The notes beneath the pieces were generated by a model that had not been told where the DNA came from, ran no database searches, and saw only the letters and a program-made list of their open reading frames with translations. Positions 21,421-30,133 of a stretch of DNA of 64,000 nucleotides are shown here, piece by piece (position 1 is the first letter of the stretch; every line of letters starts with the position of its first letter). Made by a program: the position numbers and the translations under genes. The DNA is from Candidatus Enterousia sp. (GTDB lineage: Bacteria > Pseudomonadota > Alphaproteobacteria > Rs-D84). The stretch is taken from assembly GCA_045630455.1 (NCBI GenBank), contig JAZQTD010000039.1, positions 6,498-70,497 on the forward strand. Direction: 5' to 3'.

Positions 21421-22650
21421 TTAGACCCCCGCGACACTTTCCAGCGCAACCATCTGCGCAATCGGTGCAATGTATTTTAATTCTGCATCACCGTGCAGGG
21501 TTATTGGCTCTATCTGTCCACGGCGGGATAAAATCTGCAATCCACGTTCACACAGTGGACGAATAAATTCGTGCAACAGACGTCCATAAGTCGCCCCCAA
21601 AATACGCATCATATCAGAATTACGTGCCATTATTTCGGTTGCTGTCATTTCTTTCTCAGACAACAGCCCCAGTCTGTCCGCCAATAATGTGTGACGAATC
21701 CGTTCACGCAGGTCTTTTAATATAATCTGGGATACGTCAAAATTCGCACCAGATGTCAATGGGGTCAAACCCGAGGACCCAACCGCCTTGGGTATTATCG
21801 CCCCTGGGGTCAGGTTAATATTATTCAAATTTATAACACCGTCATCGTCTGCCATCCAGATGCCAGACACTGAAATTGTCGCGTTTTTCAAGACCAGTTC
21901 TACGACCTTGTTTGCGGTTTTAATATCTGGCAATGCACGCAAGACCGGGCTACGACCATACGTTTCACCAGACATCACAGACCAGCGGAAAACTAAATAC
22001 GGATTTGTTTCGAACGTACCCGTTGCCACAATATTATTTTCAATATCACCACCCACATCCAACCAGGCTGTAAATTCAGTACCAACCAAACTCTGTACCA
22101 GTTTTATTGGTGTGTCTGGGCTCTGGTTTAGTGTGTCACGCAAATTTGCCGGCAATGTCCAAGCGGGATATTTCTGGACGGCCTCGGCCAGTGGCATTGA
22201 TGTTGTGTGAAATACTGCGTTTGGTAAAATCGCAATGTCTGACATCGGAATCGCAGTGAAAGAAAATGCAGACGATGCGCCAATCGGATTTTCAGACATA
22301 AACAAACACGCTGTACCCAGTACGACCAAGTCCATATAGCACTGGTGCACGGTGGTGTAAAAATTAGAATCATTCAAATGCGCACGCAGTGCTTGTGTCG
22401 CATATTCTGGGTCTGGGGATAAATCACTTTCGGGCACCAGATTCAGCCACAATGATTCAGGCGGGGTCAGTAATGTATAAAGCGATGCTGCCAGATTATC
22501 CACTGCATCAGACGCAGTCGCATCAAACAGGGTCGCCATATCTTCATCGGTTGATGGTGCAGTATATCGGCGTGCCGCATCCCAGCGGTTTAACCATGGC
22601 GCACGATTATCCAGCGCACGTTTATATAATTGCTCAAGGTTTTGTTGCAT
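21421..22650 (-). CDS. phage portal (head-to-tail connector) protein, T7 gp8-like
   Basis: YKRALDNRAPWLNRWDAARRYTAPS aligns with T7 gp8 YERLKNDRAPYETRAQNCAQYTIPS. GETYGRSPV aligns with GESYGRSYI. At 409 aa it is shorter than T7 gp8 (536 aa). Confidence 0.85.
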   Translation of the reverse strand: MQQNLEQLYKRALDNRAPWLNRWDAARRYTAPSTDEDMATLFDATASDAVDNLAASLYTLLTPPESLWLNLVPESDLSPDPEYATQALRAHLNDSNFYTTVHQCYMDLVVLGTACLFMSENPIGASSAFSFTAIPMSDIAILPNAVFHTTSMPLAEAVQKYPAWTLPANLRDTLNQSPDTPIKLVQSLVGTEFTAWLDVGGDIENNIVATGTFETNPYLVFRWSVMSGETYGRSPVLRALPDIKTANKVVELVLKNATISVSGIWMADDDGVINLNNINLTPGAIIPKAVGSSGLTPLTSGANFDVSQIILKDLRERIRHTLLADRLGLLSEKEMTATEIMARNSDMMRILGATYGRLLHEFIRPLCERGLQILSRRGQIEPITLHGDAELKYIAPIAQMVALESVAGV

Positions 22651-22678
22651 TTATGTTTCCTTTTGGTTTTGTGTTGTT

Positions 22679-23518
22679 CTATATCTTGAAATCTGTATTT
22701 GCAGAAAAGGTTTTTAGGTTGCGACTGATTGGGTGCAGTGCGATTGGCATCTGGGTAATCGCCCCCGCCAATGCATCCAGACCGTCATCGTGCCCCACCC
22801 CGCCAATCGGTGACCACCCCAGCATTTCTGCAACCAATGGTGTTTGCCGGATACGCATATGTGCATACAGGTGACCCGACGTTAACAATGGTTCAATCGC
22901 ATCCAAGATACGGTCTGATTTATTCCGATTGTTGGTGATTTTATTTACGTATATGTTTTGTCCGCTGCGGGCCGCTACATCACGCATAATTTCAGGCAAT
23001 GCGTTTCCCAATCCATTGGTTTCAATCGTTATGCGGCGCATACTGTATCGGTGCATAAAATCAATCACCATTTCGCACTGGGTATTCAGTGGATGTGTCT
23101 CGTTGTCTGATACGTGCATATAAATCACATCGTGGATAAAGACATTGTGGTTTTTATCATCACGATAGATGAGCACACAGACACTGTGGTCTGATTTATG
23201 GCGGCCACTGGACGGATCCCAATAGACAGATGCGCCAGTTATCATGTGTGGTCCCAGACGCGCCGAATGTATATCCAGCATATCTTCGTAAAAATGAATT
23301 TGTCCGGGGTCAAGGCGAATCCGATCGGCCGGCACATAATCCAGCATCATTTGTGATGAAAAGTGGCGTGGTCCGACAATTTGACGCATCTGATTTATCT
23401 TTTCAATCGGGAAAAGTTCCGGCCATGCGGGCGTGCCATCTGGGCTAATTATCGGAATTTTCAATATTTTATAGCCCGATAAAAAAGGCATTGAAAAAGC
23501 ATTTTTTTCATATACCAT
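22679..23518 (-). CDS. terminase large subunit, C-terminal fragment (lid plus RNaseH-like nuclease)
   Basis: SGYKILKIPIISP aligns with T7 gp19 RGYTTIIWPALYP. Nuclease acidic residues are in context: VYWDPSSGRHKSD, ITIETNGLG, HDDGLDALAGAI (T7: HDDRLDALA). The start is ambiguous (Met codons at 23545, 23518 and 23491); the ORF is open to 23620. Confidence 0.85.
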   Translation of the reverse strand: MVYEKNAFSMPFLSGYKILKIPIISPDGTPAWPELFPIEKINQMRQIVGPRHFSSQMMLDYVPADRIRLDPGQIHFYEDMLDIHSARLGPHMITGASVYWDPSSGRHKSDHSVCVLIYRDDKNHNVFIHDVIYMHVSDNETHPLNTQCEMVIDFMHRYSMRRITIETNGLGNALPEIMRDVAARSGQNIYVNKITNNRNKSDRILDAIEPLLTSGHLYAHMRIRQTPLVAEMLGWSPIGGVGHDDGLDALAGAITQMPIALHPISRNLKTFSANTDFKI

Positions 23519-23543
23519 TGGCGTTAAGGAAAAGGATTTTGAC

Positions 23544-25100
23544 ATGGATTTTACCCCTAAGACTTTGCCAACTAATCTGGAAGCAGAACAGGCAGTATTG
23601 GCCGCAGTGTTAATGAACAATCGCGCTTTAGAACGTGTGTCAGAATTCTTGACATCGGAACACTTTTCACACCCCGCCCACCAGGAAATCTATAAACTGG
23701 CGGAACGTCAATTCGCAGCGGGTATCCCATTTGATATCATCACGGCGAAAACATATCTGGAACAGCAAGGCGTTCTGGAATCTGTTGGTGGTGTTGACTA
23801 TTTAACCCAATTATCAGGCGCAGGTGCAACAGTCGTTAATGTTGAACAATATGGTCGCATCGTGCACGAAAACGCACAAAGACGGCAATTAATCAATCTG
23901 GCCCAAGATATTATGGACGGTGCGTTTGTCGAAGATTTGGACAACCCAGTTGAAACCCAGATTCAAGTTGCGGAACAAAAACTGTTCGATTTGGCATCCA
24001 AAGGATCATCCGAACGAGATGTTGTTTCAATTGCAACTGCATTACAGGCCGCCCTGCGAGAGGCTGAAACAGCATACAAAGCCGATGGACAATTGTCTGG
24101 TTTAACAACGGGATTAACCGCACTGGATAAATCAATCAGTGGTTTGCATCATTCCGACCTTATTATTGTCGCAGGTCGACCAGCGATGGGTAAAACGACA
24201 CTTGCGATGAATATTGCATTCAATGCAGCAAATGCAATTCACTATGGCACTGCGAACAAGAACTATAAGGGTGCAGTTGTGTTTTTTAGTCTTGAAATGT
24301 CCCATTCCCAGTTGGCGGCACGTGTTTTGTCGTCCCAATCAAAGGTGCCTGCATCCGCAATGCGTGAAGGTAATTTGACAGACGAAGATATGCTAAAAAT
24401 GACACAGTACGCCGATGCAATTAGCAAAATCCCACTGTGTATTGATGATACACCTGGGATGTCTGTGCCAATGATGCGTACACGTGCAAGACGTTTATCA
24501 CGCAAATATGGTGGAATCGCACTGATTGTTGTTGACTATTTACAGCTTATGACATCCCCTGGGGGCAAGCGCAGTGACAACCGTGTTCAAGAAATTTCTG
24601 AGATTACACGAGGCCTCAAAATGCTGGCCAAGGAATTGGATGTTCCGGTTATTGCCCTGTCACAGTTGTCACGTAGCGTTGAACAGCGTGACGACAAACG
24701 TCCACAATTGGCGGACTTGCGTGAATCTGGGTCTATTGAACAAGACGCCGACATTGTTATGTTCACATATCGTGAAGAATACTATTTGGCGAACCGCAAT
24801 CCGTCTGAACGTATTTCTAACACAACAAATTCTTCGATGGTAGAATCATGGCAAAAGCGCTATGAACAATCCCGTGGCAAAGCAGATATTATCATTGGTA
24901 AAAACCGTCACGGCCGTCCAGAAACTGTGCGCACGGCGTTCTTTGGCGATTACAGCTTGTTCGACAATCTGCCCGATGAATTTGACATACGTGGCGAAAA
25001 TATCACACCACAGCCAACGACCAGTGTACCATTGGATGGATCTGAATTTGCGCCAACACCAATTGACGCGGATGCAATCCCAGACGATATGCCGTTATAA
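23544..25100 (+). CDS. dnaB: replicative DNA helicase DnaB
   Basis: 518 aa. N-terminus LPTNLEAEQAVLAAVLMNN, Walker A GRPAMGKTT, Walker B IVVDYLQLM, and the SQLSR and RESG.IEQDAD motifs. RBS AAGGAAAAGGA. Confidence 0.95.
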   Translation: MDFTPKTLPTNLEAEQAVLAAVLMNNRALERVSEFLTSEHFSHPAHQEIYKLAERQFAAGIPFDIITAKTYLEQQGVLESVGGVDYLTQLSGAGATVVNVEQYGRIVHENAQRRQLINLAQDIMDGAFVEDLDNPVETQIQVAEQKLFDLASKGSSERDVVSIATALQAALREAETAYKADGQLSGLTTGLTALDKSISGLHHSDLIIVAGRPAMGKTTLAMNIAFNAANAIHYGTANKNYKGAVVFFSLEMSHSQLAARVLSSQSKVPASAMREGNLTDEDMLKMTQYADAISKIPLCIDDTPGMSVPMMRTRARRLSRKYGGIALIVVDYLQLMTSPGGKRSDNRVQEISEITRGLKMLAKELDVPVIALSQLSRSVEQRDDKRPQLADLRESGSIEQDADIVMFTYREEYYLANRNPSERISNTTNSSMVESWQKRYEQSRGKADIIIGKNRHGRPETVRTAFFGDYSLFDNLPDEFDIRGENITPQPTTSVPLDGSEFAPTPIDADAIPDDMPL

Positions 25101-25130
25101 GTGATTATTTACTTGCGCTTGCCTTAAAAA

Positions 25131-25158
25131 TTGACTATTATTTTGTCAAGATTATACT
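25131..25158 (+). promoter_or_regulatory. sigma70-like promoter with embedded inverted repeat upstream of the HTH regulator
   Basis: TTGACT-16 nt-TATACT. The inverted repeat TTGAC(n9)GTCAA spans the -35 box and spacer and could be an operator. Confidence 0.45.
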
Positions 25159-25175
25159 TTTTAAGGAGTTTCGTA

Positions 25176-26183
25176 ATGGCCCAAGAAGAAATCATTTTTC
25201 CAAATAATATCAGAAACATCCGCCTGAAAAATGGTATGAAGATGACAGAACTGGCACGCCGGACGGGGTTGTCGCTGTCTGCAGTTTCCAAAATTGAAAA
25301 GGGCGTTCGTCGCTTGAATCAAAAGCAGTTATTAAATATCTGTAATATTTTGGGTTGCAAATTATCCGACATTTTCATCAAAGCTTCAGATGAAGTGGCT
25401 GAACAGTGGCAAACTGAAATCAAACGCCGTTTGAACGATAACGAAGACGGTGGCTTGAAAATTTTCGGCAGTGGGCTGCGCAAAATTCGTCAGCAAACAG
25501 GTAAAACAATCGCACGCGCCGCCAAAGATGCGGGGATGACATTGTCTGTATACCATAAAATCGAAGTAGGACAGCGCGAAATCTATGAAAATGAAATCGA
25601 GCCATTAGCAAAATCGTTCGCGATGACTGTTGAAGGGATGTTCGACAAAATCGCAACTTTATATAAAAGTGGCGATTTGAACAAACATATTAACAAGGTT
25701 AAAGAACGCGTAAAATCTGTTCTGGAACCCGGCAATCCATTATCCAGCATTGATATGGCTGGCGGTTTGTATGGCGCAAAACTGTATGAAAGCGCGCGTA
25801 AAAAATTGGTTCCTGTATTTGGTATGCCATCGGGTAAATCAATCGCCTTCAGAAAATCTGATAAAACTATGATTGTTGCCCCAATGTCTTTGGAAGGCCG
25901 CAGTGGTATTTATGCAGTTATGCCAAATTCTAAACGCCTGGGTGGATTTATCCCAGAAAAATCATATGTTTTCGTAGATGTTGACGCCCCTGTTGCGGTG
26001 GGTGACTTGGCAGTGTGCATTGACACAGATTTCAATACACTGGATTCAGAAACAACTGTGAATGCACAAATTGCTATAGTGCGCCAGGATTCCAAGAGCA
26101 AAATCTATGGTCAAGTATCAAGCCCAGAAGAAAAAATTAACGCGCAAACAATGCACAAAGTTATTATGATTGTGATGGAATAA
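25176..26183 (+). CDS. double XRE-type HTH regulator with CI/LexA (S24)-like C-terminal domain
   Basis: RBS AAGGAG. Two HTH_3-like units (IRNIRLKNGMKMTELARRTGLSLSAVSKIEKG; LRKIRQQTGKTIARAAKDAGMTLSVYHKIEVG). The C-terminus follows the S24 pattern (LVPVFGMPSG...YAVMPNSKRL..FIPEKSYVFVD...VGDLAV). Confidence 0.65.
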   Translation: MAQEEIIFPNNIRNIRLKNGMKMTELARRTGLSLSAVSKIEKGVRRLNQKQLLNICNILGCKLSDIFIKASDEVAEQWQTEIKRRLNDNEDGGLKIFGSGLRKIRQQTGKTIARAAKDAGMTLSVYHKIEVGQREIYENEIEPLAKSFAMTVEGMFDKIATLYKSGDLNKHINKVKERVKSVLEPGNPLSSIDMAGGLYGAKLYESARKKLVPVFGMPSGKSIAFRKSDKTMIVAPMSLEGRSGIYAVMPNSKRLGGFIPEKSYVFVDVDAPVAVGDLAVCIDTDFNTLDSETTVNAQIAIVRQDSKSKIYGQVSSPEEKINAQTMHKVIMIVME

Positions 26184-26219
26184 GACCATCGCAATCATGC
26201 CCGGAGAGAGAGGTTCAAT

Positions 26220-26876
26220 ATGAAAGCACGTATCACAGCAATCGCCCAAAAGTTGCTTAACCTGTATCGTCAAGAACACGTTATTATTGGTGGTTGGGCC
26301 ACAGTCAATCCTGTGTTTGTTAACGAAGCAGATGATAATGTTATCAACGAGCTTCGCGAAATGCCGACTGGCAAAATGCTGGTACAACATATCGAGAATC
26401 TGCGCAGCGGAAAAACACCAATGGATTCTATTGAACCAGAACTGGTTCCATACGGCGGTATGATGGCACAGTCAGATTTGGTCAATGCAGTACTAAGCCG
26501 TCAAGAATTAACCGAACTGCAATCTGTGCTAAATACGTTTACCCCAGATCAAAATGGATTGGATGCAATAGAAAAACTGGGCGCAGTTCGTCGATTTGGC
26601 GACGAATGGCAAAATGCGATACATGATGCACTGAAATCACACCCAGATTTACAACCTAAATGGGACATCGTCACCAAAACATATCGTGCATATCAATTGT
26701 GGGATACAGCAAACCAAACTATTAACACACCACTGGACGAACGCGCACGCGCAGAAATCCAAGCAGAAATGCCAGAATATGAAACATATCTGCCGATGTT
26801 TGGGGATGCTGGCAATGAATTACTGGCACGATTGCGCACATTTATCAGCTCAATAAAGACCGAAGACAATGCCTAG
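26220..26876 (+). CDS. hypothetical protein (last gene of the cassette)
   Basis: 218-aa ORF with a good RBS (GGAGAGAGAGG). No family recognised. Its TAG stop shares the palindrome CTAG with the stop of the terminase N-fragment on the other strand. Confidence 0.5.
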   Translation: MKARITAIAQKLLNLYRQEHVIIGGWATVNPVFVNEADDNVINELREMPTGKMLVQHIENLRSGKTPMDSIEPELVPYGGMMAQSDLVNAVLSRQELTELQSVLNTFTPDQNGLDAIEKLGAVRRFGDEWQNAIHDALKSHPDLQPKWDIVTKTYRAYQLWDTANQTINTPLDERARAEIQAEMPEYETYLPMFGDAGNELLARLRTFISSIKTEDNA

Positions 26877-27478
26877 TCTTTATCACTGGTGCGATATATC
26901 GTATCCATTGTGTGCGGTGTACCGATATAAATCATTGCGCCAGCAGGCGATAAAATAAAATCTAATTCACGCAATCTTTCGCGCAGATTTTCACGCTTTT
27001 GTGGGGTGTTTGATGTATTTGGCACTTCTACATCATCACAGATTATTAAATCTGCACGCATACCGGTTATATTTCCGTAAATACCCTGACATATTACAGA
27101 TGGTTCACGTATGCCAACAGGACGATTTACTGTGATATGCCCCGATGCCCATTCACGCCGTGATGCAGGTATCAAATCTCCGCACCACGGATGATTTTCC
27201 AAGATATGTCGAATATGTGATACCATACGCGATGCCAGACCGCTGTGCGCCGACAAAATCAGGATTCGTATCGACGGATACAAATACAATGTGCAGGCTG
27301 CGAAAATTCCGACAACTGTTGATTTACCAGAGTGCCGAAACGCCATCAGTAGTCCACGATGCATATCATCGTTCAAAACATCGACCAAAAAATTCATAAT
27401 TTTCCGATGATGTGATGGCGTAGTCTGACCCAGCACCCTATTCCACGCATCCATAAAATTACAATAATCCGTAATCAT
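26873..27478 (-). CDS. terminase large subunit, N-terminal ATPase fragment
   Basis: Colinear with T7 gp19 residues ~30-235. Walker A LLMAFRHSGKST (T7 ILQAFRGIGKSF), ILILSAH (ILIVSAS), Walker B RADLIICDDVEVPN (RADIIIADDVEIPS), and IYIGTPHTMDTIY (IYLGTPQTEMTLY). It ends 5 codons later at a stop. Start candidates are 27523, 27478 and 27454. Confidence 0.85.
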   Translation of the reverse strand: MITDYCNFMDAWNRVLGQTTPSHHRKIMNFLVDVLNDDMHRGLLMAFRHSGKSTVVGIFAACTLYLYPSIRILILSAHSGLASRMVSHIRHILENHPWCGDLIPASRREWASGHITVNRPVGIREPSVICQGIYGNITGMRADLIICDDVEVPNTSNTPQKRENLRERLRELDFILSPAGAMIYIGTPHTMDTIYRTSDKD

Positions 27479-28007
27479 CGCATTCGGCGTCTGTGGTCGT
27501 ATCCGTAATGTATCCATAGTCATTTATCAAATTCGGCAACGCGTTATCCAGTACCATTATCAGATTTTTATACAATCCCAATACGCCACCACCTGTTAAT
27601 TTGTCTTGGATTAAACTGTTTGTGTATTCCAAGAAACTTATTACATTCGTATGCGTGTTGCGCCACGCTTCGATATCGACATCGGGCGCATGCAGGTCTT
27701 TTAAGGCTTCGATTAAAAAGTTAAAGTCTGCGTTCAAGTGTTCTGGATCTATTTTTGCAGTTGGCTGATAGTCCACAACACGTGACAGCGCAACCATTCG
27801 ATAAATATCAATCCGCGTATCTGCAGCTGGCGCATTATTAAATACAATTCGCCCACCATCAAAAGACGGATTTTCAACAACTGAATATTCATCGGGGCTT
27901 AAAACAACCTCATTAAACGCAACATGAACATCAGCCGCCTGAAAAAAAGGAAATGCAAATTCAAATTCGGTTGCTTCGCCGTCTGCAATATAAGATATTT
28001 TATGCAT
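27459..28007 (-). CDS. tail-fibre protein, N-terminal (tail-attachment) domain only, T7 gp17-like
   Basis: Start at MHKISYIADG with RBS GGGGGA. Y.ADGEATEFEFAFPF...VHVAF...YSV...IVFNNAP...IDIYR...RVVDY...LNADFNFL follows the T7 gp17 N-domain pattern. Only 182 aa against 553 aa in T7. Confidence 0.65.
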   Translation of the reverse strand: MHKISYIADGEATEFEFAFPFFQAADVHVAFNEVVLSPDEYSVVENPSFDGGRIVFNNAPAADTRIDIYRMVALSRVVDYQPTAKIDPEHLNADFNFLIEALKDLHAPDVDIEAWRNTHTNVISFLEYTNSLIQDKLTGGGVLGLYKNLIMVLDNALPNLINDYGYITDTTTDAECDDYGLL

Positions 28008-28023
28008 ATCGTTCCCCCTGTGC

Positions 28024-28371
28024 TTATCCAACCAGATCATCAAATCGACTAAGTATTGTTTTTATCAGATTTGGTTTTTTAGCCTTGGTTGATTTCAATT
28101 TTTGCAAATTAGCATTGCGCTTTTCTGTGTATGGTTTTTCTGTTTCTGACTTTAGTCGCGCCAGAACCGCCCCCTGGGTCAGACCACGCGCAGATACGCC
28201 AGATGCACCATATTTTGCACGTTGACTGGCCAAGGCTTTTTTAACCAGATTTGTTTTTTCAGCTTCGTCCGATGCCATTTGTTTCAAGATTTCTTGACGG
28301 GTGGATTTTGCTTGTTTTTTTTCATCTTGGTAATCCAAGATTTCACTAACATCTGATACCAATTGTCCCAT
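28024..28371 (-). CDS. hypothetical Lys-rich phage-cluster protein
   Basis: 115-aa ORF in the position occupied by internal virion proteins in T7-like genomes. No family recognised. Confidence 0.4.
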   Translation of the reverse strand: MGQLVSDVSEILDYQDEKKQAKSTRQEILKQMASDEAEKTNLVKKALASQRAKYGASGVSARGLTQGAVLARLKSETEKPYTEKRNANLQKLKSTKAKKPNLIKTILSRFDDLVG

Positions 28372-28403
28372 AATTTTTTCCTTTGGTTTATTAAGTTGAT
28401 AAA

Positions 28404-30119
28404 TTAAACACTGTATCTGCCGGATACATTGACTGACAAGACTGTGATTGGTTGTGGTTCATTGCCGTGGATTATCCAGTATGGTTCTGTACACGTTTTT
28501 GTCGTGCCCAAAACATTTACAGATACATCACCTGTAAAGCCGATGTGTTCATCTGCATAAATTTCATTCGGCATGCTAACGCGTGCGCCATTTATAGATA
28601 CAGACTTGGTATTTAACAGGCGTAGTGATATCTTGCGAATACGCAGGGCTGTCACGTTATGACCCGATGCACGAAACGGCAAAGATGCAGCACGAAGCGC
28701 AAAGTTATATTTGCCAGCATCGTCCAATGCATCATCTGCAAAGCATTCCAGATTGTATGTGCCGTCACGCAGTGTCACGACATATGTCGAACCGTCAACA
28801 ACCGCCACAGAAATAAAAGAACCGTATGTTTTATACCGCCCCCACGCAGATATTCCCAATGCGCTGTTCTGGTTCAAAACTGCCATATCGCCATCTGCGG
28901 TCACAACGAACAACTGGGACGTTGCATCGTTATACGACATATCAATTGGCGATGTCATTATATGCTTTGCAAATGCGCAAAGGTCTGTGGCGTTATAGTT
29001 TTGCCCCAAATCGTCCAACGACAATTCACGAATATCATGCAATGTCTTGGACACGAACACAGTCGCACCTTCTATCTTTTGCGGTGCCAGATATCGTGTG
29101 GCACACGAACCAACCGATGTATGCTGCTTAACATCAACAGATGACGGGGTCAGTGGTTTACTGGAAATTGCCCATTCGCCATCAGACGTTAGAATTTGCA
29201 GGTTATCGCCGCTGACCACGGTACAAATTTGCTGGCGCTGTTGTGATAAAAGTGTCAAGAAAATCGCCTCGTCATCCAGTCCGGTGCCAACATCAAAGTT
29301 TTTATGTTGCCCCACTTTGGACATCCAAATGCCGGCGGGATATGAACGCGAACCACCAAAGACCAGTCTGTCTTGATGAAATGTGATACTGCATGGCCAA
29401 CCACGCTGGGTGCTAAATGCAGCCTCGTACCAATTAGACACAGAGGTGCTGGGCAAACTGTATGTGCCGTTTACGTATGCGATAACTTCTGTGGAACTGA
29501 TGTATTCATCAATTATCCACTGTTTATCCAAAAGCAAGAATCGCGCACGAACATATTCAGGTGTCCAGAAATCTGAACTGGTTGTAAACTTGGCATAGTT
29601 ATTGCCACGATCACTGGTAGATACTGTGATTTTAATATCAGATGTATCTTCGAACCGCATAAACGGTATGTACATAGACATATCTGCGTCATTTATCGCA
29701 AAGATAAAGTCCGTCAATTCAAACCCAGTGGATGTCTTGCGCAAGATTTGTGGCTGGTAATCTGGGTGCACAAATATCATCGTATCAAAACGCTGGGCGT
29801 ATTGCAGATTCTGTAAATCATCTTGCCCCCATGGGACTAGCAAATCCGCAACACGCGTATCCCCAGAATATATCTGGACATGGCCGGCACTTAGCACCAG
29901 AATATAGTTTTCGTTTTCTCCCACAGAAAAAGCGGCCAGACGTGAGTTATCACGCAAGGTCGTGATATGCTTTAGTCCACGTCTGCGCGTTAATCCACCA
30001 CTGGGCAGCACATCCATATTTTCCAGATGTGATAAACCGTTTATATCATCACGTGCATAGAATTCAGGTGCGACCTCGCCATGGGCAAACGAATTTTGTG
30101 TATAAATAAAATTTGCCAT
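28404..30119 (-). CDS. tail tubular protein B (nozzle), T7 gp12-like
   Basis: GEVAPEFYARDDINGLSHLENMDVLPSGGLTRRRG aligns with T7 gp12 GGISQQPDILRYPDQGSRQVNGWSSETEGLQKRPP. FHQDRLVFGGS...SKVGQHKNF aligns with FFRNRLGFLSG...SRTAKYFNF. 571 aa. Confidence 0.75.
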   Translation of the reverse strand: MANFIYTQNSFAHGEVAPEFYARDDINGLSHLENMDVLPSGGLTRRRGLKHITTLRDNSRLAAFSVGENENYILVLSAGHVQIYSGDTRVADLLVPWGQDDLQNLQYAQRFDTMIFVHPDYQPQILRKTSTGFELTDFIFAINDADMSMYIPFMRFEDTSDIKITVSTSDRGNNYAKFTTSSDFWTPEYVRARFLLLDKQWIIDEYISSTEVIAYVNGTYSLPSTSVSNWYEAAFSTQRGWPCSITFHQDRLVFGGSRSYPAGIWMSKVGQHKNFDVGTGLDDEAIFLTLLSQQRQQICTVVSGDNLQILTSDGEWAISSKPLTPSSVDVKQHTSVGSCATRYLAPQKIEGATVFVSKTLHDIRELSLDDLGQNYNATDLCAFAKHIMTSPIDMSYNDATSQLFVVTADGDMAVLNQNSALGISAWGRYKTYGSFISVAVVDGSTYVVTLRDGTYNLECFADDALDDAGKYNFALRAASLPFRASGHNVTALRIRKISLRLLNTKSVSINGARVSMPNEIYADEHIGFTGDVSVNVLGTTKTCTEPYWIIHGNEPQPITVLSVNVSGRYSV

Positions 30120-30133
30120 TGTTATCCCCCCAA

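Noticed and set aside
22679-23620. Treating the whole 313-aa ORF as the terminase C-fragment
   Set aside because: The first ~48 codons have no terminase similarity and overlap the dnaB start and RBS region on the other strand. Similarity begins at about codon 49, so a later Met (23518 or 23491) is the more plausible start, if the fragment is translated at all.
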